In this document: piece after piece, positions 1-13,800 of the stretch
How positions within the stretch are numbered: position 1 is the first letter of the stretch
Layout of the letters: the number at the start of each line of letters is the position of its first letter
Assembly (NCBI RefSeq): GCF_022539665.2
Contig: NC_081332.1
Coordinates: 4,216,001-4,280,000, forward strand
DNA: 64,000 bases
Source: Daphnia carinata
Taxonomy: Eukaryota
Direction of reading: 5' to 3'
Made by a program: the position numbers and the translations under genes
Notes under the pieces: generated by a model
Database searches by the model: none
The model's input: only the letters and a program-made list of their open reading frames with translations
What the model was told of the DNA's origin: nothing

Positions 1-766
1 ATTGGCGCTAATGTCTTTTCCTCGAAAGAAACGGAAACTACCAATCAGAAAATTGACAGTTTGGATTGAACGAAAAAAAAACAAACAAAAAAAAACAAAC
101 GCTGTTCAACACACGTCCAGTTACGCAAATGAACCAGCGCAAAAAAAAAAATCAAACAATGTCGTCGATGTATATCCTTCGACGAAATAATGCTGGCACG
201 GACACTCAAAAGTTCAAAAGGTGCTGGTACAAGACGAGCGGAGGGGGGGGGGGGGGGGCGACGCAAGTCACATGAGACAGGGGGGGGGGTTACACACCTG
301 TCCAATCTCGAAAGAAGGTCTTCGTATGTCTTTTTTTTTTTTTCCCCCCACTGACACGAGGAGATAGGGGGGGGGGATGATTTAGCAAACACACTCACTG
401 AAACACGGAACACGCACACACACACACACACACATACAGAAAAGATTGTGTGTGTGGAGGACACGAAAAAAAAAAAATATGGATGGAGGCACTACTAATC
501 CGCGGCGAAGTTGGATTCCGACTGGCACAACACAAAACAACACGGCCGCTATACAACCACACGACCACCGCCGCCACCTTTCCTCCTTTATTTTTCCCTC
601 CCCCCCTCTCTCTCTCTCTCTCTACTTTTCGCCTCACGGCGGCTCACATGCCGTGTTATTCACCGGGGCGGTCCTTCCTTCTCTCTCTCTCTTTCTCTCT
701 TTGTGAATAACGTATACACACACACACACACATACCCTCACTGACTAACCCAACACAACTCCACCT

Positions 767-797
<31 letters not shown>

Positions 798-838
798 GAA
801 ATAAAAAGAAATGCCTCAGGGCATATTGCCGTGCTTAC

Positions 839-2357
839 CTTTTGGATGTGCGCGCTTGTAGTAACCAACCACGGCGGAGCTCGTAGTTCAGGTATTCGTC
901 CGATCGAACAGACACTGGAAACACCACTATACCACTATGCGTAATAGGGCAACCAGACGACACATCATAACCTGTCTCTTGTCCATCCTTTTTTTTCGAT
1001 ACAAGAGTAGCGGTTACTATCGAAAGAATGACGACAATGAAATTTAATAACTTACCTTAAGGGTATATATAATATTTCTTCTTCTATGGAGGAAGGACCT
1101 TTTTTGTGTGTGTGTGTGTGTGTTCTTATTATTCTCGTCTGTTCCAGTCGTTTTTCTTCTTTTTGGCATTTTTTTTTTTTTGTCCTATAGGAAAAATTCA
1201 AAAAAAAAATATGGTCGTCATCGTTTACATTCTCCTAGTGAAATTCCGGCCTGTTCTTTTTTACATTTTTTTTTTGAAGACGAAAGAACAGAAAAAAAAA
1301 AAAAAAAAAAATGAGGATGAAAGCGCCACTGGGCAAACTGTCAGCACAGGTGCGCTATATTTATACATACGCACGCACACACGAAAGAGAGAGAGAGAGA
1401 GAGAGAGAAAGGAGGCGGGCATTCCAGGTGGATGAACGGAAAAAAAAAAGTCAGGGGGGAAGGAAGAGAATAGAAATGTGAAGGAAAGAAGAGACTTGAA
1501 GAAAAAAAAAAAAAAAAAAAAAAGAAAAAATATGCACGAAAATAAAAAAGAAAAAATTACCCAGGTAATTTCAGCCGTCGTCTATGGGCAAAGAAACTTG
1601 GCTTTCCATGTTTTTTCCTTCTTCTTTTTGAAACAAAATAAAGGCAGCCACGGTCATTATTACGAGGCGGCATGCTTCCATGAAAAGAGCAAAAAAAAAA
1701 AAAAAAAAATAAAAAATAAGCAAGCCATTGACATTGCATAGTTCTGCAAACCGAAAATAAAGACGTCAGGTATTGGATCGTAAGTAGGGAAAAGAAGTTT
1801 TTCAACTCGATTAGTTCAATCAAACACGTCGATTAAAAAAACGATCGCATTCATGAACGCTTTCTTTTTTTTTAAATTTTTTTAAGTGCCGAGGTCGAAT
1901 TGTCGTAATAAACCTCGTTATTTTTAGATCGTACAATCAGCGCGCAAATGAATGAAAGAAAGCACAAAAAAAAAAAAAAATGAAATGGGAAAGAGAGAGA
2001 TGAGAGGTACTACTGTTCGTTTACCTGTTGTGGGCGGGTAGTCCTACAATGGATGGCAATCACGCGAGGAACACACACACAAGACGCAAAAAGAAAACGT
2101 GACGAGAATCTGAGATCTGAAAAGAAGAACGATTTGAAATGGTGCAGGGGCCATTTATTTATTATCTAAAAGTAGAAACATTAGGAAAAATAAAAAAATA
2201 AAATACCTGGCGGGCCACACGGCTCATTGAACTGGGCAGCGGAGTGATGAATTGTCCGTTGTTTTCGCCGTGACCACGAGCTTAATAAAGGCCGGACCAA
2301 TCCAAAGCTGCTAATTGAATACGGCCCGTCTCCTTCTTCCACGATTGTTTTCATCAT
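839..2357 (-). other. Candidate spliced (probably 5' UTR) exons of a minus-strand gene running off the left edge
   Basis: Mixed-sequence islands in homopolymer-rich DNA, each ending at a minus-strand donor (839-971 AG|GTAAGC; 1056-1098 AG|GTAAGT; 2025-2116 AG|GTAAAC; 2207-2357 AG|GTATTT). I could not join them into one continuous ORF. Confidence 0.3.
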
Positions 2358-4052
2358 CAATTTTCATCACCATCATTTCAAAACGAAAGGGAAATACAAA
2401 ATCTTTCTTCAGTTTTACCACGCACACAATTAGATGTAAGTGAAAGTCGGCAGTGAGTCGAAACTCATTTCAAGAGGCTTAGCGATTTTCGATGCAGATC
2501 TCCGACCACCTAAATAAATAAAAAAACAAAAGAAGATCGCGTTCCAAAGAGACACACAATTAATAAATGACATTACGTGGAAGGGATCCGACGATTCTAA
2601 CGTAATCCACAGATGAGTAGCGCTGGATTTCGAATCCCCGGCCAAAAATCGACCACCCACCGAGGATGTTTTCTCCATTTTGAAAAGAGATCCATTTGAT
2701 TTTCACCTGAAAAAAAAAAAAATAATAATAAAAAGGAAATTTCTCTTCTCTAGAAGACTAGTCAATAACAGTAAAGTACCGAAATCCAATTTCGATGTGT
2801 TTCTTCTGTCTGACCTTCTCGACGTCACGCGTTTGTTTCTTTCTCGCTTCTTCTTCGTCGCCATCGACCTGATTGGATTGGATCGATCGTGTCCACATTG
2901 AGAGAGACAGTCCTTTTTTTTTTTGTTTGTTTTTTTCTTTTTCTTCTACGAGATTGACATGGGAGCAAAACGAAAAAAATGGACCCGGTCCACACTGCAC
3001 GCGTTCACGTACCGACGTCATTTTTCTTCAAATGTTTAGGCGTCCCCTTCGGGTACGGAAAATGTGCGCATTCCATAGAAAGGCCATTTTTCTTTTTTTT
3101 TCTTGCATTCGAGTTGCTAAAAAATTACATTTTTCAAAACCCTTTTTTTTTCCTCCTCTTTTTCGTTTTCTTTCTTTGCTGTATTTTTCGACACGACAGA
3201 TCAAAAAAAAAAAAAAAAAAAAGGGTAGGAGGAAAACGAGATAATGTTTGAATAGAAAAACGTTTGAAATCATTTGACGCCAAAAAAAAAAAAAAAAGAG
3301 ACTGAACGCTCATTTTCGCCTCGTTCTTTTCCGTCTTTGTCTGGCAAACAACAAAAATCACGAACATCCGCCGCTCACGCGTTTCAAGGACATTTCGCTT
3401 ATTTATTTTTTTTTCTTTCTTTTTCAGACACCCAAAATTCTTGTGCCGTAATTTTCAAACGAACAATCACGGCCAGAAAAGTCGGGGAAAAAAAACAAAA
3501 CAAAACAAGGGAGAGACCATACGAAAATTTAAATTGGAAATTAAGTGGATACTTTTTTTTTTTTTTTTTTTCATGTGATGAGGAAATGGATCAAAAAAGA
3601 AAAAATTGCAAGACACACGAAGGAAATTCCAGAGAATCAAGTAAGGATTTTTTTTTTTTTGAAATAGTGGCTGCCAACACGCAGAGACGTCGCGTAATTT
3701 TTTCGCTTGTAAAACGTATTCCGGGGCACCGGAAGGGAGGGAACGGTGTAGGAGGGAAACGACATGGAAATGAGAGAAAAAAAAAAAAGACGTCTATCAA
3801 CGTACACATACAGACAGACACACAAACCTCAAGGTGAAATGAATCATAGCCTTTTCAAATAGACGGGGAGGATGGCAACATTTTTCGTGCTAATCAGCGT
3901 ATTTCTGCACGACTTTCTCTTTTTTTTCCCCATCGCCTTCGTTAACATTAATGTACTCTCTCCCCCCCCCCCCCTTCGACAAATAAACAACACAACATCA
4001 TGGAAGAAGTTCTTTTCTACGACGCCATCGGTGAAAAAAGAGAAAACGCTTA

Positions 4053-4084
<32 letters not shown>

Positions 4085-4632
4085 GGTTAGGTGAATGATT
4101 TGTGTTTCCTCTCTCGAAACATCGTCGGGTCCCGGCCTCTTTTTTGGAACATTCCAAAGAAGACGCCAGAGGAGGTAAAAAAAAAAAAAAAAAAAAAATC
4201 AAAAGATTTAAAAAAAGAAATAATAATAAATCATTATTATTATTTTCTTTTAATCTTTTCAAAAGGCAGAAGAAGAAGACGAAAAGGAGAAAGTAGGTTG
4301 CGGAGAAAGGATAAGATGATGGATAAATGAGTGACCCCACTCTATTGTTAAAAACTAAATAGGAGAAATGACTAACAAAACAAAAGGGAAACGGTGAAAG
4401 GACAGCACGCAAAGCGAGTACCCGCAGCGAATGGAACGGCGCCGGCCTAACTACACAACAAAACTTAACCCCAAAAAAATGAAAAATGAAAAATGAAAAA
4501 TGAAAAATGAAAAAAATCTTTTGTAATGTCGGATGGGCGGAGTTTCGATATGTCATCGTAAAAAAAAAAAAAAAAAAGAAAGAAAAAAAAAAAAAAAACA
4601 AAACAAATCGTGAGGTCCGGCTCACCAATCTT

Positions 4633-7533
4633 TTAGGAAGCTCGCTGGGCCGTCTTGGGAGCAGGTGATTTGGCCACGTCGTTACTGGCGCCAGCGTCGA
4701 TGGCAGTCAACGTCTTTGACGTAGGAGACGTAGTCGCTGAGTAGGTCAGTCGAAGACAACCGATAAGATGGCACAGCCTCAGGGCCAGCTCCCAATTGAG
4801 CGTCACATAGTCCATGATGTCGGCCGGCTGCAGTAAAAGAAGTGACGGGCCGTCCACTTCGTATTGCAGGAGGCGATCGGCTAATGGTCGACAATCGGTC
4901 GATTGGAGAAAGCGCCAAACGTCGCCAGGCCGCCAGCGATCCGGCGGCGGATCGGCAAGATCCAACCGGCGAAAGGCTGGGAAATTCATCGCAGGGAAAG
5001 GCTTCTCGCCGACGGCTGCAACAGCACTTTGCGGCGGATGTGAAACTTGGCTCGGCCGACGATCTTCATCCGCAATGATGTGATCCGAGCTGGCCAACGG
5101 AACGGGATTCTTCCTCGGCCGTCCGCGCCTCTTCTTGGCCGCCGGTTCTTCCGAATCGCCGCTTTGTTGCGGTTGCTGTTGTTGCGACGCATCGCCGGCC
5201 GCGTCAGAGTCTTCCTCGTCGCTGTGTTCGCCCGATTCGATGGCCGCCAGCGACGCCGGGCCGGATTTGTTGGATCCGCCGTGTTGCTGAAGCTCGGCGC
5301 CGCCCACCGGATCCAAGCCGGGCAGGCTCTTGAGAATATCGACAAAACGTCTATGGCGCCAGTTGGGGGCCTTCTTCTTGTGCTGCCATACCGTTTTCGC
5401 CAGGATGCAGCATCGATGCGGACAAGGATCGCCAACGAGTTCCGGAGCAAACAAATAAGGACAGCACTGAAGCTTGTCGCAGACCCAGCGGCAATAATTC
5501 GGGACGTCGGCGGCTGTTGAAGCCATCGGGACCGTCCCGCGATATGTAGTTTGTCTATACTTGGCTTTCAGCGGCTCCAGTTGCGTTCCAGGTGGAAGCG
5601 GATCACCCGGTTCACCTTGTAATTGCTTCAGTACGCTTCCCGGCTTGTAAGCGCCGTTGAGTAACAGCGACAAGACTTCTTTCATCATCAAACTGATGGG
5701 GCCGGGACCGACGCTGCGCGGAAGAGCCGCAACCCGGATGCGACTCAGTAATGGCCCGGAGAAACAGCGGAAATTGAAGTAGATTTTCGGACACCAATAC
5801 GAGATTCCGGGCAACGCCGCAGTTCCAGGGGCACTAGTTTCTGACGGTTCCGGAATCTGTTCAGTTGCATTTGGCTCGGGGCCTTTCTCTTCCACTTCCA
5901 TTGGGTTTCCTTCGGAAGGGATTGGCGGCTGTTCTGACGATGATGAAGGAACGACGGGCGGAGCCCGCAACGGCCAACTATTGTCATCACACCAGCCAAT
6001 TGGAAACAAATCTTGGCTGGAGACGGGCGCTAGAAATTCCGTCGGATGGCCGTCATCGGATACGGGTTTCTCCAGGCGGATGCGGAGGAGCGTAGCTGAT
6101 CGTTCAACGTTTGTCACAACACCCACACATACTTCCGCTGGTTTCCATGGGTTGGCCGCCTCCAAGGCCATGCCACGTGTGAAACCAGATTCATTTTCGA
6201 CGTCATTCGACGGGCAGGAATCGTCTGCCTCTGGCCGGAAAACGGTAAAGCAGACGAAGTGAAATGGCGCTTCCGTTCCTTGGGTATTCGACTCGAGCTC
6301 GAAACGGATCACCACTCGTTGAGGATCTACCACTTCAATGACTGTTGCTGGTCGCAGTGCGAGAGGATTGGATGGATCTAGAGCTTCGATACGATCGCCA
6401 ACGCTGCAACCGTGAACCGGAACTTCTTGTTCGAATTGCCATTGTTTCCCACTCATCGTGCGAAATTCAGATGACATAGTAGCTAAGCTGTCGTCTTGAA
6501 ACAGAGAACGGATTTTCATTGGGGGACTGTAATTCCATGAAGTTGATTGCGAAACGGCCCATCCTTGCCAATGTAATCGTGGAGATAGGCAAAACAACCA
6601 TTCGTGATGTACACCGTCTTCGTTATTATCGACCGGAATGCTGGTTGGGAGGGAGTACTTGAGCAACAACCTGCCGCCAACGTTGCGCACTATGGTGGCT
6701 GGCCAAACAGTACGGGGTTCGTGTAAGTCTTCCACTTCCAGTATCATGCCAGGCTTCATTTGCTGAGCCGGGCTGAGCAAAGATGCTTCACAGTCGACGG
6801 CTTTGTGCTCCTCTAGCAGAGAGGTAATAGCTCCTGATCTCAGTGGTTTCAGATCGGCTGGCGGTTCTAACGGCCATCCTCGACTGCTGCTGTAGCCCAC
6901 AGGGTGGATTTCCACTGACGAAGGATCAGTCCATATTTCATGGGTAGGGTCTTCTCTCCCAACATGCTTTAATCTGAACAACGTAAACATGACTCTACTG
7001 CATCACTTTGATTGATTTTTAGCTCACGTAAAGTGACAGCTTTTTATGGTTAATGATGCAGGAAGAGAGCTTAGAACCTCGAATCAATCCAAAATACCAC
7101 AAACATGCACAACAATTAGGTAGCCCACGCTATGAAAAAGTGTGTTTGACAACGACTTACCGAAGAAATGGACCACATTTCAAGGTAACATTGGCGAGCC
7201 AGAATCTTGGGCGTTGACTAGTCTGAACCTCCACCATCATTCCCTCCTCAAGTAGACTTTGCTGGCATTTGTCAATCTAGACAATTATAGGATTTAAATC
7301 TTAGTTTAACAAGTTACAACTTTTACAATTATTCGGTAAGAGAATGAAACAAAGTGGGAGATCAACTCACATGATGGAACGCAAAATTTGGCGCCGATTC
7401 AAGCTCCTTGCTTTCTAGATACCGGTCCCAATCGAATTTATCCTTAGTATCTACGTCACAGAACATGAAACTATTCAGCATCGCAAAGCGAAAATAGCTA
7501 AAAAGTTTAATATTTACCAGGCAAGACATGCAT
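4633..7533 (-). CDS. SFMBT: Scm-like with four MBT domains protein (SFMBT1/2-type Polycomb protein: MBT repeats, SLED, AT-hook, SAM)
   Basis: Exons 7533-7518, 7450-7371, 7276-7161, 6973-4633 join in frame at GT-AG sites (MHVLPDTKDKFDWDRYLESKELESAPNFAFHHIDKC...). MBT motifs IHPVGY, GMILEVED..VWPATIVRNVGGRLLLKY, GMALEAANP..LFPIGWC; SLED-like CPKIYFNFRCFSGPLLS..LPRSVGPG..AYKPGSVLKQLQ; C-terminal SAM W.PGDVWRFLQSTDCRPLADRLLQYEVDGPSLLLL. Confidence 0.92.
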
Positions 7534-8145
7534 GATTACAAAATTCAGCTGGCCATAAAGCGAGACAGATTTCAAAATTAATTATATATTCAAGCCAAAA
7601 GTTTCTCCCACAACACACAGCCAAACAGAAGATCGTTTTTCATATATCGTCTGCGTGACGTTGCCAAATCTGGAAATTAATTTCTTCATCATGCGGTTTT
7701 CTCTTTGAATTTTCCTTTCTTTTGATCGAATCGACGATTTCTATTGGAATTTTTATGCATGCCAATCACCTAAATAAGGCATTAGAAATTTTCTAGCCTT
7801 AGGAACAAAATGTTTTGAAATTACGCATACTACCATGCGAGAAGAGCAGAAATAATTGACACATACGCACGAAAAGAAATCGCAAATATGGTCTTTTGTT
7901 CTTTACATATATATATTTTTCCAATCCATCATAGTTTTCCTTAGAAAACACATTATTACATTATTACTTTCCCCTTTATTGCAATGCCTCAGAGGACAAA
8001 AGAAAGGCGATCGCTAATTGTATCCAAGGACGAACATACCATTTCGATTCTTGTACGAAAAAAACAACGTGTTACGGCCATCTGCGTTTCACTAGCTTTG
8101 TCTTAAGGCCGACAACGTCGTTATACAAATCCGAATAGCCTGATA

Positions 8146-9859
8146 TCAATCACGACCAACGTGGTGGGTCTCTGACGGCCGATCAATGCGGAAGAGGCGC
8201 TCAGCGGGCGTAAAGTAACCCTCGTATACGACCTGTTCGGGAGTGACGTCTTCGTGGTAGTGGCCGCCTTCTCCGTGAGTAGAAAAGCAATGAGTGTGCT
8301 CGACTCGTAAATCCATTCCCTGTGGAAAATCCAACAGCAGAGAATTTAATAATAAACTTAAATCAAAAGGCGTCAAGAGTAGCGAGATATACTCTAACAA
8401 GAATCGGCCAACTAGAAAACCCTTTGCCCCTCTTAACTTGGCAACCCGTTTCGAATGCTTACGGGGTCGTGAGAGATGAAAACGCTAAGGTTAATCAATG
8501 GCCCAGTGGCGTTATAGAAGTGAAGCCAGTTGTTCACATCGGCATCCGTCTGCAACGGACACGGCGAGAAGTCGGGCATGATGTGTAACCTGTTTGGCAC
8601 GCCATAATCAATGGGCTTTTGTAGACGATGCTCTATGCATACAAATTGACATAACTTTTGACTGCTATATATACTACCTGGCTTGGCCATTTTCCAACAT
8701 GAATACGCCCCCAATACCTGCATTCGAAGATTTAGAGACGATTTTTATAAGCAAGGCTGTACTATCATGGAACAACAAAAAAAAAAAAAAAAAAAAAAAA
8801 CATAAAATAAAATAAGAAATCTTTTCTAACCGACTGGTTTATCGCCGTAATGCTGTGCAACAGTGTTTCGCATGCACGTAACGAAGTTGTTCGACCCGGT
8901 GCGTTTTTGGCAACGAATTCGAAGGACGGGCGTATTGGGTAGTCCGCGGGAGATCAACAGGTTGTTGAGGAGCGAGCAACGAGTTTGTTCGGGCGGTAAA
9001 ACATGCAGCATTCGATGGCCAGCTGGATCAACCGTGGCTAATCGCGTACCGTTGACGATGTTATTTTTTCCTTCATCGAGAGTTAACGACAGATTAGTCA
9101 TCATTTCGCAATTGGTATTAAGATGTTGCCAAGGCCCGGCTCCCGCTCCAATCATCAGAATCGTGCCACCCTTAACGTTCATTAGGCCCGGCAAATCGGC
9201 AAGATCGTAGGTACGATCACGTTGAGCTGTCGGTACCAAGTAAGGAACGCCTCCCAAATCGACCAAACATGGCTCGCCACCTAAACCTAGATTGGGGAAA
9301 CAAAGATCGAATCAGACGTGCAATCGATAATGTTGCCAACCTTTGGCCACACTGAGTCAAGCACATGACTGAGGATGGGAAAGTTTGCGAGCTCCATATG
9401 TTTTTATCAATTCAACGAATTGTTATTAGTGTGGTGCGTTAGGTAAAAACGGGCGATCATTGACAAATGAACAATAGAACAATCAGAAAGCATTATGAGA
9501 GTGGAATCAATTTGATTCACTCGTTGCCAAATGGCAATTTGCTGAGCCTATGTACCTGCCTGATAACGAAGAGATGTTAAAGCATTTTAATCAAATGGCA
9601 TGGCATTGTTTTCTGGAAGTTGAAGCATTTAATAAACTGTTTAATAAACGTCAGATCTTGCACACATTCTATTACCAGGTGCAGCCAGGTGGAAAGGTGG
9701 TGAGCTCAAATCTGGGCAGTCGACTACTTCTACTGTCACGTGGACGAAATGTGATTCGAGGCCTTGGCGAAGAACATCGGCCAGTTCACTTAGAGGTGGC
9801 ACGTGCAGCTGGCGATTTTCCAAAGGCCAACACTTTTTGTCCATGTCGTCATCGCCCAT
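8146..9859 (-). CDS. C11orf54: Ester hydrolase C11orf54/PTD012 homolog (DUF1907, zinc-binding)
   Basis: Exons 9859-9676, 9286-8831, 8717-8678, 8589-8463, 8319-8146 join in frame. Family motifs LHVPPLSELADVL, VVDCPDLSSPPF, GGVPYL, GAGAGP, HIMPDFS, and DLRVEHTHCFSTHGEGGHYHEDVTP (His zinc ligands). Confidence 0.93.
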
Positions 9860-10885
9860 TTTTCTCGCCGAATTCGATGATCGATTGGATTGGGGTTGAA
9901 CGCAGTACGCAATACAACACACACAAAACTCTGGCAAACTAAACAACGATAAAAAAAAGATAGTGCCAAGTTAGGCAGACGTTTCGAATGGATTCAATCC
10001 ACGACAGGCTATTGCTTCACTAGTGATAAATGTCACAAAAATCCCTTTGTGATCGGCCTTTGTCGTCTGCGTCACATGCCATCACCGTATGGCATGCATA
10101 TCTCTTAAAACCTGGGGGAAAAACCAAAGATACCAGTTATCAACAGCAACCAACGTCTCCCTCTATCTGTTTGTTGAGAAAGCTTTCTTCAAAACAAAAA
10201 GAAAAGCCAAAAAACTATTGATTTATTTTGATATTTTATAATATAAACCTGCTTCAAGAAATAAGAAGCTCAAGTGTTTATGTAGACGTCGTGGCCGCGT
10301 TCTACCGTTTATTTGTTATTGTCTCTTTCGTTAGGTGTATGGGGGTTGTTACAACAATAACAATAGGAAAGAAAAATCAAAAGGGGTCGCACTGGTGAAG
10401 AACGAACTCGAATACACAATTGAAAATCTAAATAAAAACATTACTGTCTGCTCTTGATCGAAACACTAACACAGAACCCGACAAATTTGTGTGGTTCTTA
10501 ACCACAGAGAGATGCTCCAAGGGAGTGGAGTGGTGACAGCTCAGGAGGTTATACAGCAAGCAGAAACCAATAAACAAAAAAGATTCAAGGATCAAACAGA
10601 AAATATTACACAGGTCCTGTTCTAGATCAATGTGATGAAAGTTCAGAATTCGATTTTAAAAGATTAAAAGAGATAAACAAACAAAAATATTAATAATCTG
10701 CAGCTCGCCCGTGACAACATTACACGTTTATGTGAGGAAGCATTCCGTCAACCAATGGAAAAGAAATTGTGTGATGGGACCTGTGTGAAATGTGTACGAC
10801 AAACATCATACAAATTGCAAAGGCGCCAAATTTGATTCCCTCCTCCAAAAAAAAAAATGCATTCAGATCTATCGGATTCCGTAAA

Positions 10886-13800
10886 TCAACAACTAGATTG
10901 TGTGCGCACTGCCGTTGGCTGATGGAGTTGACGTTGCAACTCGTTGAGCGGATAATCGCCATCGACATTTTTTAGATTTTCAGCCTGCGGATGTCGACGG
11001 CTGACTGATGTGAGCATAGTATTTTGTCGCCGACTACTCGAGTGACGAGTGAAGGCTGTAGGATCGTCCGTTACAGCCGTAGCGCCGGCACGGCTGTAGC
11101 TAGCCGCGTTGCCCGCGCACATCGAGCCACCGCAATAGCTGGCTGGGCCCGAGTGGTTGCCGGCCTGATCTGCCCCGCAACAGCAGAGTAATCGGTTGAA
11201 ATGTTTGCGGAAGCTCGTGCTAACGCAGTAGAGCGCGATGGGATTGATGCACGAATTCGTGTACGCCAGGACAAATCCGAATATCTTTAATGCGTGCCAA
11301 AAAGCGTTGTACTCAGCCTCCGAGTTCGGGTTGAAGTAGAACCACATGAAGTAGACGTGAATCGGCAAGAAACAGACGGCAAACAGAACGACAAAAGACT
11401 AGAACAGCAAACCGGAATTCCCCGTCCATGTCGACCGTAGCAAATGAACGAAAAAAAAAAGCAAAGCAAAAAAACAAACGAGTACAGAAATAAGTATGGA
11501 AGGGAATTGCTGTAAAAAATAATGACGTAATCGACGTGTATATAACACACACGCAAGACTGAAGGCAAGTGTTGAAAGATACTTACCAGCACCATCTTTG
11601 CGAGTTTGCGACGTGCTCGATTCTGATTCGGCTGCTGTTGTGGCTGGAGTAAAACGGTTGGCTCAGACTGTGCCTCAGCGTCACATCAACCAATTAGCAG
11701 AACGGAGGCAAAGAAACAAGATTAAAAAAAAAAAAAACAGTTATATAAGACGAATAGAGTGATGCGTCATTTACAATAGCAAAATATAAGTTTTGAAATA
11801 GTACGAAACTCTTGTCTTGAAATCGTGAAGAATATTACAGCGGATGCGTCGTTAATGCTATTCCGGGAAAAAAGGGTTCATATTAAGAACATTTTCCTAG
11901 GAGCAATGAAACGATGCGTGAAACGACTTAGCAAGTAAGTTGTAGACACACAGACAGAGAAAAATCTAAGTCTATGTATACGTAAGCTTCATAACGAGTT
12001 TGACGAAGCGGATTGCTGAGGCCGGCAACTTTGAAAACAGGCCCCGATTGCAAGTGATGGGCTTTTGGCGCAACTGTCATCTCGCATCTCAAGATTTGAA
12101 CAGATGGAGACAAAGTGAAGAATATGATCTTGCCAGCGTTGATGATTAAAGTTCTATTGTAAAGGTTAGCGAGGCCTATAGTGCTTTAAATGTTCGCTTC
12201 GTTTCATTGCTGCCGCGAAATGGGCTGTTGAGTCCTCATGGCCAAAACCAACTTACTACAGTTGTTAAAAAAGAAAAAGTTTACAGAGTTTGGCACCTTT
12301 AAACAAGACGCTACATAAAACATTCAGCTGTTGAGGACTCGATTTATCTACAGCTTCTCCTCCGATGTATTTTGGTTCCAACCTTTTTTTTTTATTGGAG
12401 AAAGGGACGGAAAAGAAGAAAAATGTCGACCATATGGTACCGTACGGTTCGATCCGGCTTGTCCGCCCTAGCGTATTCACGTCCTACCATCACATTTGTA
12501 AAAGAAGAAGAAAGAAAAAAAAAAAAAAAAAAAAATAACCCAAAGAGAGTGGATTGCAACCCGTCCGTTAAGGGCCGAAAAAGAAAATACGACAGAGGCT
12601 TTACAGTGGCGTTACTTGAATTTACTGCAAGTCTTTCACGCAACAACTGCATCTTTTAAAAAGGAGGGGAGTAACGCAAGGCGTTAAAAGCCTCGCAGAT
12701 GCAACACCCAATTCAAAGTTATTAGGTTTGGTTGTGAGTGTCACCTCAGATTTCTTTCCCACCTTTTGTTTAGACCATTCGGGCCGTAGAAGAAGATGAA
12801 TGAGCGCAGTAGGTGAGAGATATATGCCATGTACAAGACCCGTCTAACTTGTAAATATACTCATTTTTTTTCTCAAAAACATGAAAGATAATGAAGGGGG
12901 GCCCGTTTCGGGAAAATCCCTGACTCGTATTGCTTTAGGCTAAGTTACCTCCCGCATCAAGTTTTCTTGAGTAAAACGTACACGTCTATCATCGCCTTTG
13001 CTATTCGCCTATTTTCAGATGAGAGATCTTTTCAAACAACTCGCCCCCTGGACTTCAAAAGGAGTTTCCTCGTACGGCTTTTACATTCGCTGGAGATGGA
13101 CGCTCTTCTTTTGTGTTCCAGAGTCTTTCCGACGCTTTTTTTTTCAAAGGCAAGCAAAACGGGGCATTTCGTAATCACGCGACGCTTAGGGGGCATCGTT
13201 GGTTTGTTCGTACGCCAGGTACAATAGTCCATCTCAAGCTTACAATAGCCCTACGTCCGGGGAGTTCGACGGACAATTGGGACACGTCCCGGGTTTCTTA
13301 TATCCCCCCTCCATTTTTATTTTATATGATAAAATTCATGTTATACACACCACTGTGTGCGTAGTAGATATGAAAGCCTTTATCAACTGCAAAGAGCTAC
13401 ATATGAATTATTCAGAGCCAAATGCAAACATTTGGGCCGTCTGTCTCTAAATCATTTTTGACATGACAAATATGACTTAATGCTTTAATGCACCTGATTA
13501 GATGAAGAGGCTTCTGTCTGGTATCGATGACGCGCAGATGTTGTCAACATGGCCTGGCCTGGGATATTTTGAACGCTGCCAAAATAAAAGCAAACACAAA
13601 GTTTCGTTAAGTTGAACCTCTCAAAAAAAAATGGATGAGATCAATCTACCTGCGCAGGAGATGGTGGGCCATGATTGCGTAGAACGTGCCTATAGTGATG
13701 AGGGGTAGGAAATAATGAAGAAGAAAGCGGAGGAGGATGACCATTCTCGGATAGTCTGGTCCGAATTCTTGGGGGAAAGGATAGCAAATGTGAATTTCCC

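Noticed and set aside
839..2357. Minus-strand exon candidates as a coding gene (MMKTIVEEGDGPYS...)
   Set aside because: Individual exons have open frames, but the phases do not join without a stop and there is no recognisable homology; kept only as possible UTR exons.
2..4628. Many short ORFs rich in K, F, ER and CV runs (also at 50800-64000)
   Set aside because: Translations of poly-A/T and dinucleotide microsatellites; no recognisable domains.
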